52,262 bases of DNA, from positions 1 through 52,262 of the forward strand of contig JAZLKX010000029.1 of NCBI GenBank assembly GCA_045597865.1, given 5' to 3'. Made by a program: the position numbers and the translations under genes. Below are positions 37,921-47,355 of the stretch, one piece after another (position 1 is the stretch's first letter; each line of letters starts with the position of its first letter). This DNA comes from Bacilli bacterium. Lineage in GTDB: Bacteria > Bacillota_I > Bacilli_A > RFN20 > CAG-826. The notes under the pieces are model-generated. The model did not search any database. It had not been told where the DNA came from and saw only the letters and a program-made list of their open reading frames with translations.

Positions 37921-39546
37921 ATGAGTATTGAAGAAACATTAAAGATTAAAATAAAAGATTCACTTAAAAGTGAAGGACTAGATTTAGATATAAATGATAT
38001 CATTATTGAAAATTCTAGAACTCCTGAACATGGTGATTATGCCTCAAACGTTGCATTAAAGTTTGCAGGTCGTTTAGGAATGAAACCAAGAGACTTAGCT
38101 GAGAAGATTGCTAACTCTATTGATAAAGAAGTAATTGAAAAAATTGAAATTGCAGGTCCAGGTTTCATTAATTTCTTTGTAAAGAAAAATGCTATCAACT
38201 CTGTAGTAAAAGGAATTATCTCCGAAGGAGACAACTATGGAAGAGGTGCAAGAAACGGCAAAAAAGTTAATGTTGAATTCGTTTCAGCAAACCCAACTGG
38301 AGATTTACACTTAGGACATGCAAGATGTGCTGCAGTTGGTGATTCAATTTGTAGACTTTATGATTTTGCAGGTTACGAAGTAACTCGCGAATTCTATGTT
38401 AATAATGCTGGCAACCAAATATATACTTTAGGTTTGTCTTTAGACATTCGATTAAGACAACTTTTAGGAGAGGATGTTGAACTTCCAGAAGATAGTTATC
38501 ATGCTCACGATATCATTGATATTGCAAAGTTATATAATGAAAAACATCCAAATGAATATAAAGTTGGGGATGAAGATTCATTTAAAAAACTCCAAAAATT
38601 TGGAATGGATGAAGAATTAGAAAAAATTAAAAGAGATCTTGAACTCTTTAGAGTTAAATTTGATATTTATTCCTTTGAAACTGATGTTCGTGCTAATAAC
38701 CACGTTCAAGATGTTTTAGAGAACAAATATGGTAAGTACACTTACCAACAAGAAGGTGCAACCTTCTTAAGAACCACAGACTTCTTAGATGATAAAGATA
38801 GAGCGGTCGTTAAATCAGATGGATCATACACTTATTTAATGCCTGATATTGCTTATCACTTAATTAAGTTATCGAGAGGCTACGATCAACTTATTGACGT
38901 CCTTGGAGCGGATCACCACGGTTATATTAACCGTATGAAGTCTGCTTTAATGATGCAAGGTTATTCAAAAGACACTCTTGAAGTTGAACTTGTTCAAGTT
39001 GTTAGATTAATAAAAGATGGTGAAGAAGTTAAGATGTCAAAACGTACTGGCGCTGGAGTTACTCTTAGAGAACTTTGCGAAGAAGTTGGCGTCGATGCTA
39101 CAAGATATTTCTTTGTATCTCGTGCAGCCTCATCTCACCTTGATTTTGATTTAAATCTTGCTCTTGAACAAAGCTCATCAAACCCAGTCTATTATGCTCA
39201 ATATGCACATGCTAGACTTGCATCAGTTTTAGAGTCAGCAGCTGACATTAAAATTGATGAAAATGCTTCAATGTTAAAAGAGGAATCCGAAACTGAATTA
39301 CTCAAAAAACTCATTGAATTCCCACATATTATTGAGGTTTCTGCGGAAAAACGCGCTCCTCATATGGTTGCAACTTACATCCAAGAATTAGCAGCAGATA
39401 TTCATTCATTCTATACAAATTGTAGATTGATTGATCGCGATAATCTTGATGTAACAGCATCTCGTCTTGCTTTATCAAAAGCAGCAAAAATTGTTATGAA
39501 GAATGCTCTAAGCGTTCTCGGAGTTAGTGCTCCAAATAAAATGTAA
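37921..39546 (+). CDS. argS: Arginine--tRNA ligase
   Basis: HGDY, IAGPGFINF, EFVSANPTG.LHLGH, GADHHGY, KMSKR.G, YYAQYAHAR. Confidence 0.97.
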   Translation: MSIEETLKIKIKDSLKSEGLDLDINDIIIENSRTPEHGDYASNVALKFAGRLGMKPRDLAEKIANSIDKEVIEKIEIAGPGFINFFVKKNAINSVVKGIISEGDNYGRGARNGKKVNVEFVSANPTGDLHLGHARCAAVGDSICRLYDFAGYEVTREFYVNNAGNQIYTLGLSLDIRLRQLLGEDVELPEDSYHAHDIIDIAKLYNEKHPNEYKVGDEDSFKKLQKFGMDEELEKIKRDLELFRVKFDIYSFETDVRANNHVQDVLENKYGKYTYQQEGATFLRTTDFLDDKDRAVVKSDGSYTYLMPDIAYHLIKLSRGYDQLIDVLGADHHGYINRMKSALMMQGYSKDTLEVELVQVVRLIKDGEEVKMSKRTGAGVTLRELCEEVGVDATRYFFVSRAASSHLDFDLNLALEQSSSNPVYYAQYAHARLASVLESAADIKIDENASMLKEESETELLKKLIEFPHIIEVSAEKRAPHMVATYIQELAADIHSFYTNCRLIDRDNLDVTASRLALSKAAKIVMKNALSVLGVSAPNKM

Positions 39547-39561
39547 AGGAAGGTAAAAATT

Positions 39562-39978
39562 ATGAACGAGAAATCTTTACTTGATTACGGATTCGATGTC
39601 CTTAGTGCATCAAAGGATCCATTAAAATTCATTGATTTATTCAATGCAGCAGTTAAAGCAAGTGGAATTGAACTTGCTGAAAACGAAATTAAATCAAAAA
39701 TGTCAAAGTTCTACACATCATTATCACTTGATGGTCGTTTCGTAACTTTAACAGATAACTTCTGGGATTTACGTTGCCGTCACGTTTTTGAACAAGTTCA
39801 CCTTGATATGATCGATGCTTATTCAGATGATGAAGATGAAGAAATTGATGCAGAAGAAAGAAAATTACTTGCAGAAGAACTTGGTGAAGTTGAAGAAGAA
39901 GTTGAAGAAGAAGTTGATGATCTTGATTTTGATAAACCAGTTAAAGATGCAGATGATGACGATGACGGAGAGTTCTAA
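39562..39978 (+). CDS. rpoE: RNA polymerase delta subunit
   Basis: FYT.L.LDGRF......WDLR followed by highly acidic tail; argS-rpoE synteny. Confidence 0.92.
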   Translation: MNEKSLLDYGFDVLSASKDPLKFIDLFNAAVKASGIELAENEIKSKMSKFYTSLSLDGRFVTLTDNFWDLRCRHVFEQVHLDMIDAYSDDEDEEIDAEERKLLAEELGEVEEEVEEEVDDLDFDKPVKDADDDDDGEF

Positions 39979-39985
39979 TTTTTAA

Positions 39986-40942
39986 ATGAATAAAGCCTTT
40001 AAAGAACTTTTAAAAACAATAAAAAAATATGACGTCATAACAATTTATGGACACATAAATCCTGATGGCGATTCTTTTGGTTCAGGCTTAGCACTTAGAG
40101 AATTGTTAAAAACTAACTTCCCTGAGAAAAAAGTCTACACCATAGGTGCAGGCTTAACCCAATTCTATAATAGATTTGGCAAATACGATGAAGTTAGTGA
40201 TGACATTATTAAGCAAAGCTTAGCCATTGTTTTAGACTGTTCTGAGGTTGACCGTGTTAGCGATCAAAGAGTAAGACTTGCAAAGCAAATTGTTAAATTC
40301 GATCACCATATTGAAAATGGTCCATTCTTTGGAATTAAATATGTTGATGAAAATGCAGTTGCTTGTTGCCAAATTATTTTAGAGTTTGCACTTGCATGCA
40401 AGTTTGAGATTACAAAGTTAGCAGCAGAATTAATGTATTTAGGAATCTGTACAGATTCAGGTAGATTTAGATATGCTCCAACTAATGCACACACTCATAG
40501 ATTAATCGCAACATTGTTTGATTTAGGAATTGAAACAAAATCCATTTTCGACATTTTATATATTTCGGATGAAGCATTCGTTAAATATCAAGCTTTGCTT
40601 GTTTCAAGATTTAAACGCACAGAGCACAATGTTATTTATTGTTTTGCTGATTTCCCTGATTATGATCAATTCGGTTTAAAATTTGAGCAAATTTCTAAGA
40701 ATGTTAATGTTATTGGTAACATTAGAGGATGCCCAATATGGGTTCTCTTTACTCGTTCGAAAGAGGGCAATATTAGAGTAGAATTTAGATCCTGTGGCGC
40801 TAACGTTCAAGAAGTTGCAGTTAAATATGGTGGCGGTGGACATAAATGTGCTGCCGGTGCTCGTTTGGTAGATCAAAAAGACTTTTCACTTTGTATGAAA
40901 GTTGTTGAAGACTTAGATAAAGTGGCAGCGGGTTTAAAATGA
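39986..40942 (+). CDS. nrnA: DHH/DHHA1 nanoRNase / pAp phosphatase NrnA
   Basis: H.NPDGD, DHH, GI.TDSGRF, R...RS, GGGGH..AAG. Confidence 0.9.
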   Translation: MNKAFKELLKTIKKYDVITIYGHINPDGDSFGSGLALRELLKTNFPEKKVYTIGAGLTQFYNRFGKYDEVSDDIIKQSLAIVLDCSEVDRVSDQRVRLAKQIVKFDHHIENGPFFGIKYVDENAVACCQIILEFALACKFEITKLAAELMYLGICTDSGRFRYAPTNAHTHRLIATLFDLGIETKSIFDILYISDEAFVKYQALLVSRFKRTEHNVIYCFADFPDYDQFGLKFEQISKNVNVIGNIRGCPIWVLFTRSKEGNIRVEFRSCGANVQEVAVKYGGGGHKCAAGARLVDQKDFSLCMKVVEDLDKVAAGLK

Positions 40943-41730
40943 TGAGATACGAAAGAGAACTACAAGTAGCTATTGAGGCAGTGAATGCAGTTCGCGATGT
41001 CATTTTAGATGTATATAACTCACCTGATTTAGGTGTTGAAATAAAAGAAGATAATTCACCTGTTACAAAAGCAGATAAAGCAGCTGACAAAATCATACGT
41101 CAGATTCTTTCTCGTGCATTCCCAAATTATGCTATGTTAACAGAAGAATCTTTAGATGACAAAACACGTCTAAAAAATGACTATGTTTGGATTGTTGATC
41201 CAGTTGACGGCACCAAGGATTTCGTGGCAAAAAATGGGGAATTTACCGTGAATATCGGCTTATCTTACAAACATGAGGCAGTGCTTGGAGTTATTCTTGC
41301 ACCTGTTACTGGAGAGATTTATTTTGCAGTTAAAAACGAAGGTTCTTTTTACCTTGAAAATAAAGATTCAAAACCAGTAAAAATTCACGTAAATAATAAG
41401 ACTGAAAATCTTACAACTTTAGTATCCAGATTTCACTCAAATGAAACTGAACAAGCAATGATTAAAAAACATTCAGACAAGATTAAACATCAAGCAGTTA
41501 TTGGTGCAACATTAAAAGGATGTATTATTGCTCGTGGTTTGGCAGAAATGTCATATCGCTTTTCTTCTAATACAAAGGAGTGGGATACATGCGCAATGCA
41601 AATTATTGTAGAAGAAGCTGGTGGTTGTCTTTTAAAATTTGATGGAACACCAATTCGCTATAATCGTGAAGATGTTTATAACCATAATGGTTATGTAATT
41701 TGTAACAGGAAAGAAAATTTCCTTTTATAA
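40939..41730 (+). CDS. cysQ: 3'(2'),5'-bisphosphate nucleotidase CysQ (inositol monophosphatase family)
   Basis: K.D.SPVT.AD, W.VDP.DGTKDF....GEFTVNI, SR.H, T.EWDT.A.Q. Confidence 0.88.
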   Translation: MMRYERELQVAIEAVNAVRDVILDVYNSPDLGVEIKEDNSPVTKADKAADKIIRQILSRAFPNYAMLTEESLDDKTRLKNDYVWIVDPVDGTKDFVAKNGEFTVNIGLSYKHEAVLGVILAPVTGEIYFAVKNEGSFYLENKDSKPVKIHVNNKTENLTTLVSRFHSNETEQAMIKKHSDKIKHQAVIGATLKGCIIARGLAEMSYRFSSNTKEWDTCAMQIIVEEAGGCLLKFDGTPIRYNREDVYNHNGYVICNRKENFLL

Positions 41731-41749
41731 TATAAATGGAGGCTTAATT

Positions 41750-43339
41750 ATGAAAACAAAGAAAATAATTCCAATTCTAGTGCTTGTACCACTTCTAGCA
41801 AGCTGTGGCGCTAAAGATCCACTAGTAATTCCAACTGTTGATGTTGATTCAATTACTCCTGTTTTACCAGATAAACCAACATATAATGTTGGTGAAATGG
41901 CATCAGATGACACAAATAATTACTTAGATATTTATGAACTTTCTGATATGCATGGTGCAGTAACTCAAGGAAGTTCTGAATTGGGTTTAGCAAAACTCGC
42001 AGGTTACTTAGATGTTAAACGTGCTGAAAACCCAGGAGGAACCGTTGTTGTTTCTTCAGGTGATATGTTCCAAGGTTCCGCTGATTCAAACTTAACACGT
42101 GGATACATGGTTAATTATGCTATGAATTACATGGGATTTGATTCTATGGCTATTGGAAACCACGAATTTGACTGGACTGATACATGGTTAAAGAAGAATG
42201 CTAATTTAGCCTATAAAGATAACCACAAAATTCCATTCATTTCAGCTAATATTGTTGATAAATCAACAAATGCTACACCAGATTTCTTATCTAAATCTAC
42301 AATTATCCAACGTGGTGATTATAAAATTGGTATTGTTGGTTCAATTGGTGAAACATTGAAATCCAGCATTTTAGAATCATGCGTTGCAAATTATAATTTT
42401 ACAAAGCAAGTTGAAGCAATTAATTCTGAAGCTGCAAAACTTAAAAATGTTGATAAGTGTGATGTAGTTATTTTAACTGCTCATGATGATATTGATAATT
42501 TGAACGGCAAAGGCATTCAAAATGTTGATGCTATTTTTGGTGGTCACGCACACGTAGTAAAAAAAGCTTCTATTGATAATGTAATTCCAGCTGTACAAAC
42601 TGAAAACTACGGTAAATCCATTGCTCATATTAAATTAGCAATTAACAAAGAAACTAAGGCAGTTTCATGCTCATCATTTGATTATGATGAGAATCCATTA
42701 AACCTTATAGGTTTAACTGAGAATCAAAATGTTAAAACCATTATGGAATCTTATGCTAGTGGAATTAACGATATTAAGGGAATTAAGTTAGGAAAAACAA
42801 ATGATCTTTTAAAGAAGGATGGAGCCCTTAAAGGAATTTGTGTTGAAGCAATGTATCAAGGCGCATTAAAAGGAATTAAAGAACTTGGTCTTGATATCAA
42901 GGAAGAAGATATTGTTGCAACTTTCCATAATGTCAACGGTGGCATTAGATCAGACATTAAGGCTGGCGACATTACTTATGGAGACATTTATAATCCATTC
43001 CCATTCGATAATGAAATTGTCCTTTATAAAGTTAGAGGTTCTAAATTTATTTCTGTAAGAAGCAAATATGCTTCACTCGCAGTTCGTAGAACTTTTGAAA
43101 AAACAAGTGAACTTGATCCAACCAAAGATTATTACATTGTTATTACTGACTTTATTGCTTTATCTAATGAATATTTAGGTTCAAGTGCTGCATTCGGAAT
43201 TCTAGAAGATGAATTAATTAGAACAGGCAAAGTTGTTAGAGATGAAGTTGCAAATTTCATCTATTCTAAAAACAAAATTGTTGGCGATGATTTCTTATCA
43301 TCAAAAGCACCTTACAAGACAATTCTCTCTGTTGATTAG
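41750..43339 (+). CDS. Lipoprotein 5'-nucleotidase / 2',3'-cyclic phosphodiesterase family
   Basis: Lipobox LASC; SDMHG, GDMFQGS, GNHEFD, GGHAH, N.GGIR, PF.N motifs. Confidence 0.9.
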   Translation: MKTKKIIPILVLVPLLASCGAKDPLVIPTVDVDSITPVLPDKPTYNVGEMASDDTNNYLDIYELSDMHGAVTQGSSELGLAKLAGYLDVKRAENPGGTVVVSSGDMFQGSADSNLTRGYMVNYAMNYMGFDSMAIGNHEFDWTDTWLKKNANLAYKDNHKIPFISANIVDKSTNATPDFLSKSTIIQRGDYKIGIVGSIGETLKSSILESCVANYNFTKQVEAINSEAAKLKNVDKCDVVILTAHDDIDNLNGKGIQNVDAIFGGHAHVVKKASIDNVIPAVQTENYGKSIAHIKLAINKETKAVSCSSFDYDENPLNLIGLTENQNVKTIMESYASGINDIKGIKLGKTNDLLKKDGALKGICVEAMYQGALKGIKELGLDIKEEDIVATFHNVNGGIRSDIKAGDITYGDIYNPFPFDNEIVLYKVRGSKFISVRSKYASLAVRRTFEKTSELDPTKDYYIVITDFIALSNEYLGSSAAFGILEDELIRTGKVVRDEVANFIYSKNKIVGDDFLSSKAPYKTILSVD

Positions 43340-43355
43340 AAAATAATAAAACACT

Positions 43356-43384
43356 AAAAAACGCCAGGTTTTCTGGCGTTTTTC
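43356..43384. terminator. Bidirectional terminator
   Basis: AAAAACGCCAG-GTTTT-CTGGCGTTTTT between convergent genes. Confidence 0.75.
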
Positions 43385-43633
43385 TTATTTTTTCTCAGGC
43401 ATTTCGCTTGCAAGTTTTACCCCGATTACTCCAGGAACTTCTTCTTGCAAAATGATTTCAATTCCATCTGATAATGTTGTATCAATCATAACGCAATCTT
43501 GGCAAGCGCCTTTCATGTTTACATAAACGATGCCGTCTATAAAATCGACAAATTCAATGTCTCCTCCATCACGATTGATGAAAGGTCTAACTTTGTCGAT
43601 AGTTTGTTTAATAAGTTCTATTGTGTCTTCCAT
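43385..43633 (-). CDS. NifU C-terminal (Nfu) Fe-S carrier
   Basis: VRPF..RDGGDIE, GAC..C, TL..GIE. Confidence 0.92.
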   Translation of the reverse strand: MEDTIELIKQTIDKVRPFINRDGGDIEFVDFIDGIVYVNMKGACQDCVMIDTTLSDGIEIILQEEVPGVIGVKLASEMPEKK

Positions 43634-43693
43634 AAAGCAAGATAATTATATTACTTTTATTCATTTATGCAATAAATGTGTTAAACTAATTAC

Positions 43694-44089
43694 ATGCAAA
43701 GAAGAAAAACAACTGGATTCAGATTAACTGTTTCTCATTATAAAATCCTTCAAACAGTTTTAGATTTAAACAACGTTAAAAAATATCCAACCGCCAAAGG
43801 CGTGAATAACATTTTAATGGGAAAACTTGATGTTGAGACTCGTCAATATATTGACATGAGAACATTTGGAACGTTAATTTCTTTTCCGGGTAGAAGACTT
43901 TGCTCTTATATTTTAAATATGGTTAGAAGAGGTTATCTAAATTATATTTATGATAAAAATTCTGACGCAATGTATTTAAGAGTAACTGAAAAAGGCGAGT
44001 TGGAAGTTTTTAATTACGAAAGAAAACATAAAAATACATATCGTAAAAAAGAAGCTCATCGAAAAGCACAAATTGTAGAAATTAAATAA
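43694..44089 (+). CDS. Stand-alone RQC (RecQ C-terminal winged-helix)-like protein
   Basis: IL.TV..., V..IL.G, FGTL, ..MV..GYL......LRVTEKG pattern typical of RQC; basic protein. Confidence 0.65.
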   Translation: MQRRKTTGFRLTVSHYKILQTVLDLNNVKKYPTAKGVNNILMGKLDVETRQYIDMRTFGTLISFPGRRLCSYILNMVRRGYLNYIYDKNSDAMYLRVTEKGELEVFNYERKHKNTYRKKEAHRKAQIVEIK

Positions 44090-44090
44090 A

Positions 44091-46277
44091 ATGAAACAGA
44101 CTGGCCTCAATAAATTATTATATGATCGTCGTTTAGAATTAGGTCTCTCTTTTAGAGAAGCTTGTATTCGTTTAGATATTTCTAAAAGAAAATTGCACGC
44201 TATTGAAAGTGGCTACATAAGAGTTAAAAACAAAAAATTGCAAAAGCAATTTATTTTAAGATATGAATTAGATGAAAACTTTTTTGATAAGGATGTTTTA
44301 GGTTATCCATCTTCTTTAGAAGATGATGTTGAAGAAGTTGAAGATAGCAAAGTTAAGAAAATCTTTAAAAGTATTTGGTTTAAAATTGGTACAATCATTC
44401 TTTCTTTAGGATTTGTAGCAATGACTGTTGTTGGCCTAAATAATCAATACACATCTTTAGCTGCACCTTGTTTTTCAACAAATTATTACAATGCTGCAAA
44501 ATATGTAGAAGAAAATGGAACGAAACGTTTGCCTATTGATTCAAAAACTTCTGAAATGTTAGCTACAAGTTTTAAAACAATTTCTTATGATGTTCCAGAA
44601 TCATCAGACGGAGTCTTCTTTTATGAAAGCCTTAACTTTTTAGTGGGAACTTTTGATGGAACATTGTATGACGAATATTTAGGTTATGCATTCTTTAATT
44701 GCGCTGGTGAAATTGACTTAAAAGATGCTACTGGATTAGACCTTGGTAATGCCTATATTTGGTACGAATCAAGAATGACAGAAACTGGTGAGCGTTTGCA
44801 CTTTTATGCTTACGATCAAGACAGCTTATTTAAATCACAAATTGCCCATTTCTCTGTAGATTTTAACTATAAAACCCTCAAATTCACGTATAATTTGATG
44901 CAATTACGCGGAATGTCAGGTTTCTTAGAAAAGGTAGAAACTGACTCAATTTATACAAATATTTATAAGAGTGTTTTTGAAGAATACTTTCCAATTTTTG
45001 AATTATCCAAACAAGAATTTATGGAAGCAAAAAGCGATGTTTTAGGATACACAAACATTGTAGATTTTAATAATGATCAATCAAACGGTTTAAGTGAATA
45101 TAATCGTCAAACTGGTAGAGATGTAGCATTAGTTTCGTGTGGCATTATTTTTGCAACAGTATTCTTTGCTTTATTTATTTATTCTTTAATCATTACGACT
45201 AAATTTGGTAAAAAAGTTTATGATGCTGTTTCAATTGAAAGCGAAGATATTATTGGAGATGGCTCAGTCTCAAAAACTAAGAAGACGCGTGAACTTCCAA
45301 AGAACAATTTCCCAACACCTCTTGTTCCAGAAGCATTAATTAGATTTGTTGCATTTATTTTAATGGTTTTAGGTTCACTTTCTTTGTACTTTATTTTCAA
45401 AAGTATTATCGATTTTGATATAGAAGGAACTCTTGAAAGCTTAAGCTTTAGAGCTGAAGTTGCCTCATTTACTGTTCTTGGAATGATGTTAATATTCTTT
45501 GTTAAACTTGATATCATTCAAAACAAAAAATCTACATTTATTCTAAATTATTCATTATTCTTTGCTGGCTTTGTTTTCTATGTGTTTTCATTGCTTATTG
45601 ATGAATTGTTTGCAATTTCACCAGCATTAAATAGATTCTCAATTATTCTTGATTTCTTACCAGGAAATATCGTCTGGGGAATCTTGGCATTTAATTTATT
45701 AACTTCTATTTTACTTAGAAGACCAAAATTTAAAAAGAATGAGAAGAGAAACACAATCATCTATAGATGTTCTGCAATTTTGCCACTTGGCTATATGATT
45801 GGTTCTTCAGTTGTTCAAATTGGCAAAAAATTGTGGGGTTGGGATCTTCCACATGCAGTTTCTTCATTATTTTTCACAAAAGCTTTAATTATTACTGCAT
45901 TTACTATTCTTTATTGTTTAGTTATTTATATTTACAAGAGAATTGTTGAATTGAAATTTGGAAGCGAAAACGCAAAAGTGTATGAATACGGAAATAGATA
46001 TCAATACATTAAAAATCTTCTTGTTGCACTTGTCTTTGTTGGTTTAGGACTATTTGATATGTTTGCTGAAAAGAACCCAAGCTTGGCTAAAATGGGATTT
46101 GGATCCAATTATATTGGATTGTTCTGTGTCTTGCCTTTAATCCTTCTTTATCATCCTCATAGAGGAACGAGAAATAAAAAGATGGATTTGTTATTTAATG
46201 TTGGTTATGGATTCTCATTAATGATAGGAATCTTACTTATTGTTTCATCGATTTCGATATACATTACATCGTTATAA
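44091..46277 (+). CDS. XRE-type HTH fused to ectodomain and polytopic membrane domain (728 aa)
   Basis: N-terminal LL..RR.ELGLS..E....L.IS...L..IESG; TM at ~95-115, ~230-aa soluble region, further ~9-10 hydrophobic helices. Confidence 0.75.
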   Translation: MKQTGLNKLLYDRRLELGLSFREACIRLDISKRKLHAIESGYIRVKNKKLQKQFILRYELDENFFDKDVLGYPSSLEDDVEEVEDSKVKKIFKSIWFKIGTIILSLGFVAMTVVGLNNQYTSLAAPCFSTNYYNAAKYVEENGTKRLPIDSKTSEMLATSFKTISYDVPESSDGVFFYESLNFLVGTFDGTLYDEYLGYAFFNCAGEIDLKDATGLDLGNAYIWYESRMTETGERLHFYAYDQDSLFKSQIAHFSVDFNYKTLKFTYNLMQLRGMSGFLEKVETDSIYTNIYKSVFEEYFPIFELSKQEFMEAKSDVLGYTNIVDFNNDQSNGLSEYNRQTGRDVALVSCGIIFATVFFALFIYSLIITTKFGKKVYDAVSIESEDIIGDGSVSKTKKTRELPKNNFPTPLVPEALIRFVAFILMVLGSLSLYFIFKSIIDFDIEGTLESLSFRAEVASFTVLGMMLIFFVKLDIIQNKKSTFILNYSLFFAGFVFYVFSLLIDELFAISPALNRFSIILDFLPGNIVWGILAFNLLTSILLRRPKFKKNEKRNTIIYRCSAILPLGYMIGSSVVQIGKKLWGWDLPHAVSSLFFTKALIITAFTILYCLVIYIYKRIVELKFGSENAKVYEYGNRYQYIKNLLVALVFVGLGLFDMFAEKNPSLAKMGFGSNYIGLFCVLPLILLYHPHRGTRNKKMDLLFNVGYGFSLMIGILLIVSSISIYITSL

Positions 46278-46278
46278 C

Positions 46279-46316
46279 AAAAGAAAAATCTCACGTATGC
46301 GCGTGAGATTTTCTTT
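46279..46316. terminator. Bidirectional terminator
   Basis: AAAATCTCACG...CGTGAGATTTT between convergent genes. Confidence 0.75.
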
Positions 46317-46330
46317 ATTAATAAGAATTA

Positions 46331-46858
46331 TTATTTTCTTAAGTAATCGTATTTTGGTCCTTTTGGAGCAGATGGATGTTTGACTTCATCTCTCATCATC
46401 ATAACTGCTTTATAACCAAGATAGAGAGCAACAAGAATAATGATTGCTCCACATAAGTATGTTGGCCATCCTACAAAGCTTCTTCCTTCAAATGGAGTAA
46501 ATGGATATGCTTTTGCTGCAAAGTTTTCCATATTGAAGAATAAGATAGCAATTACAAGATTAACAATTGCTGCAAGAAGAACAAAGAAAGATGATTTCTT
46601 CCATAAGCAGATAAGAGCGATAGCAACTGCTGCTAAAACAATAATTGCAATTCCTGCTCCTACAACACTACCAATAGCATTTCCTAATGTGTTTTTGTAT
46701 GTATTGAAGAAGAATTGGTAACCACTTAAATAGTGTAAATATCCGTCTCCAACGATACCAAAGTGAGCAAATTGACCTGGAAGTGCAAGAAAAATTGCAC
46801 AAAGTACAATTGATCCGATAGATAGAACAGCTAATTTATTTTCTTTAATGAATTTCAT
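46331..46858 (-). CDS. Hypothetical 4-TM membrane protein
   Basis: Four hydrophobic segments; AAAGGAG RBS. Confidence 0.75.
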   Translation of the reverse strand: MKFIKENKLAVLSIGSIVLCAIFLALPGQFAHFGIVGDGYLHYLSGYQFFFNTYKNTLGNAIGSVVGAGIAIIVLAAVAIALICLWKKSSFFVLLAAIVNLVIAILFFNMENFAAKAYPFTPFEGRSFVGWPTYLCGAIIILVALYLGYKAVMMMRDEVKHPSAPKGPKYDYLRK

Positions 46859-46884
46859 GCCGTTTTTCTCCTTTACTTATTTCT

Positions 46885-46959
46885 TGGTTGGGGCGACTGG
46901 GATCGAACCAGTGAATGGCGAGTTCAGAGCCCGCTGCCTTACCGCTTGGCTACGCCCCA
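46885..46959 (-). tRNA. tRNA-Gln(CTG)
   Basis: TGGGGCG acceptor, anticodon loop CTCTGAA, GTTCGATCC T-loop, encoded CCA. Confidence 0.95.
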
Positions 46960-46979
46960 ATGTAAAAGGTGGCGTAAAT

Positions 46980-47067
46980 TGGTGCCCGGGACCGGACTTG
47001 AACCGGTATGAGTTATTCACTCGAGGGATTTTAAGTCCCTTGCGTCTACCAATTTCGCCACCTGGGC
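46980..47067 (-). tRNA. tRNA-Leu(TAA)
   Basis: Anticodon loop CTTAAAA, long variable arm, encoded CCA. Confidence 0.95.
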
Positions 47068-47073
47068 AATCAA

Positions 47074-47150
47074 TGGTCTCCCGTAGACGATTTGAACGTC
47101 CGACCCCTTGATTAAAAGTCGAGTGCTCTAGCCAACTGAGCTAACGGGAG
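47074..47150 (-). tRNA. tRNA-Lys(TTT)
   Basis: CTCCCGT/ACGGGAG acceptor, loop CTTTTAA, encoded CCA. Confidence 0.93.
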
Positions 47151-47182
47151 ATCTAAGTGCATTTCTTTCAAAATGCTTTACT

Positions 47183-47211
47183 ATTATACACATGTGAATT
47201 ATATATGCCAA
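47183..47211 (-). promoter_or_regulatory. Sigma-A promoter for tRNA Lys-Leu-Gln unit
   Basis: TTGGCA-17nt-TATAAT. Confidence 0.75.
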
Positions 47212-47242
47212 TACTTTTTTTATAAAAAGTGCTTTTGAATAT

Positions 47243-47272
47243 AAAAAAAGCACCGTCAAACGGTGTTTTTTT
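47243..47272 (-). terminator. Terminator of tRNA Val-Tyr-Gln unit
   Basis: AAAAGCACCGT-CAA-ACGGTGTTTTT. Confidence 0.75.
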
Positions 47273-47275
47273 ACT

Positions 47276-47350
47276 TGGTTGGGGTGGCAGGGATCGGACC
47301 TGCGAATGTAAGAGTCAAAGTCTTATGCCTTACCACTTGGCTACACCCCA
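47276..47350 (-). tRNA. tRNA-Gln(TTG)
   Basis: TGGGGTG acceptor, loop CTTTGAC, encoded CCA; T-loop reads TCCGATC. Confidence 0.93.
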
Positions 47351-47355
47351 ATAAG

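Noticed and set aside
39820-39975. GAA/GAT-rich low-complexity repeat
   Set aside because: Normal acidic tail of RNA polymerase delta subunit.
46848-47111. 87-aa plus-strand ORF
   Set aside because: Antisense to three tRNA genes; spurious.
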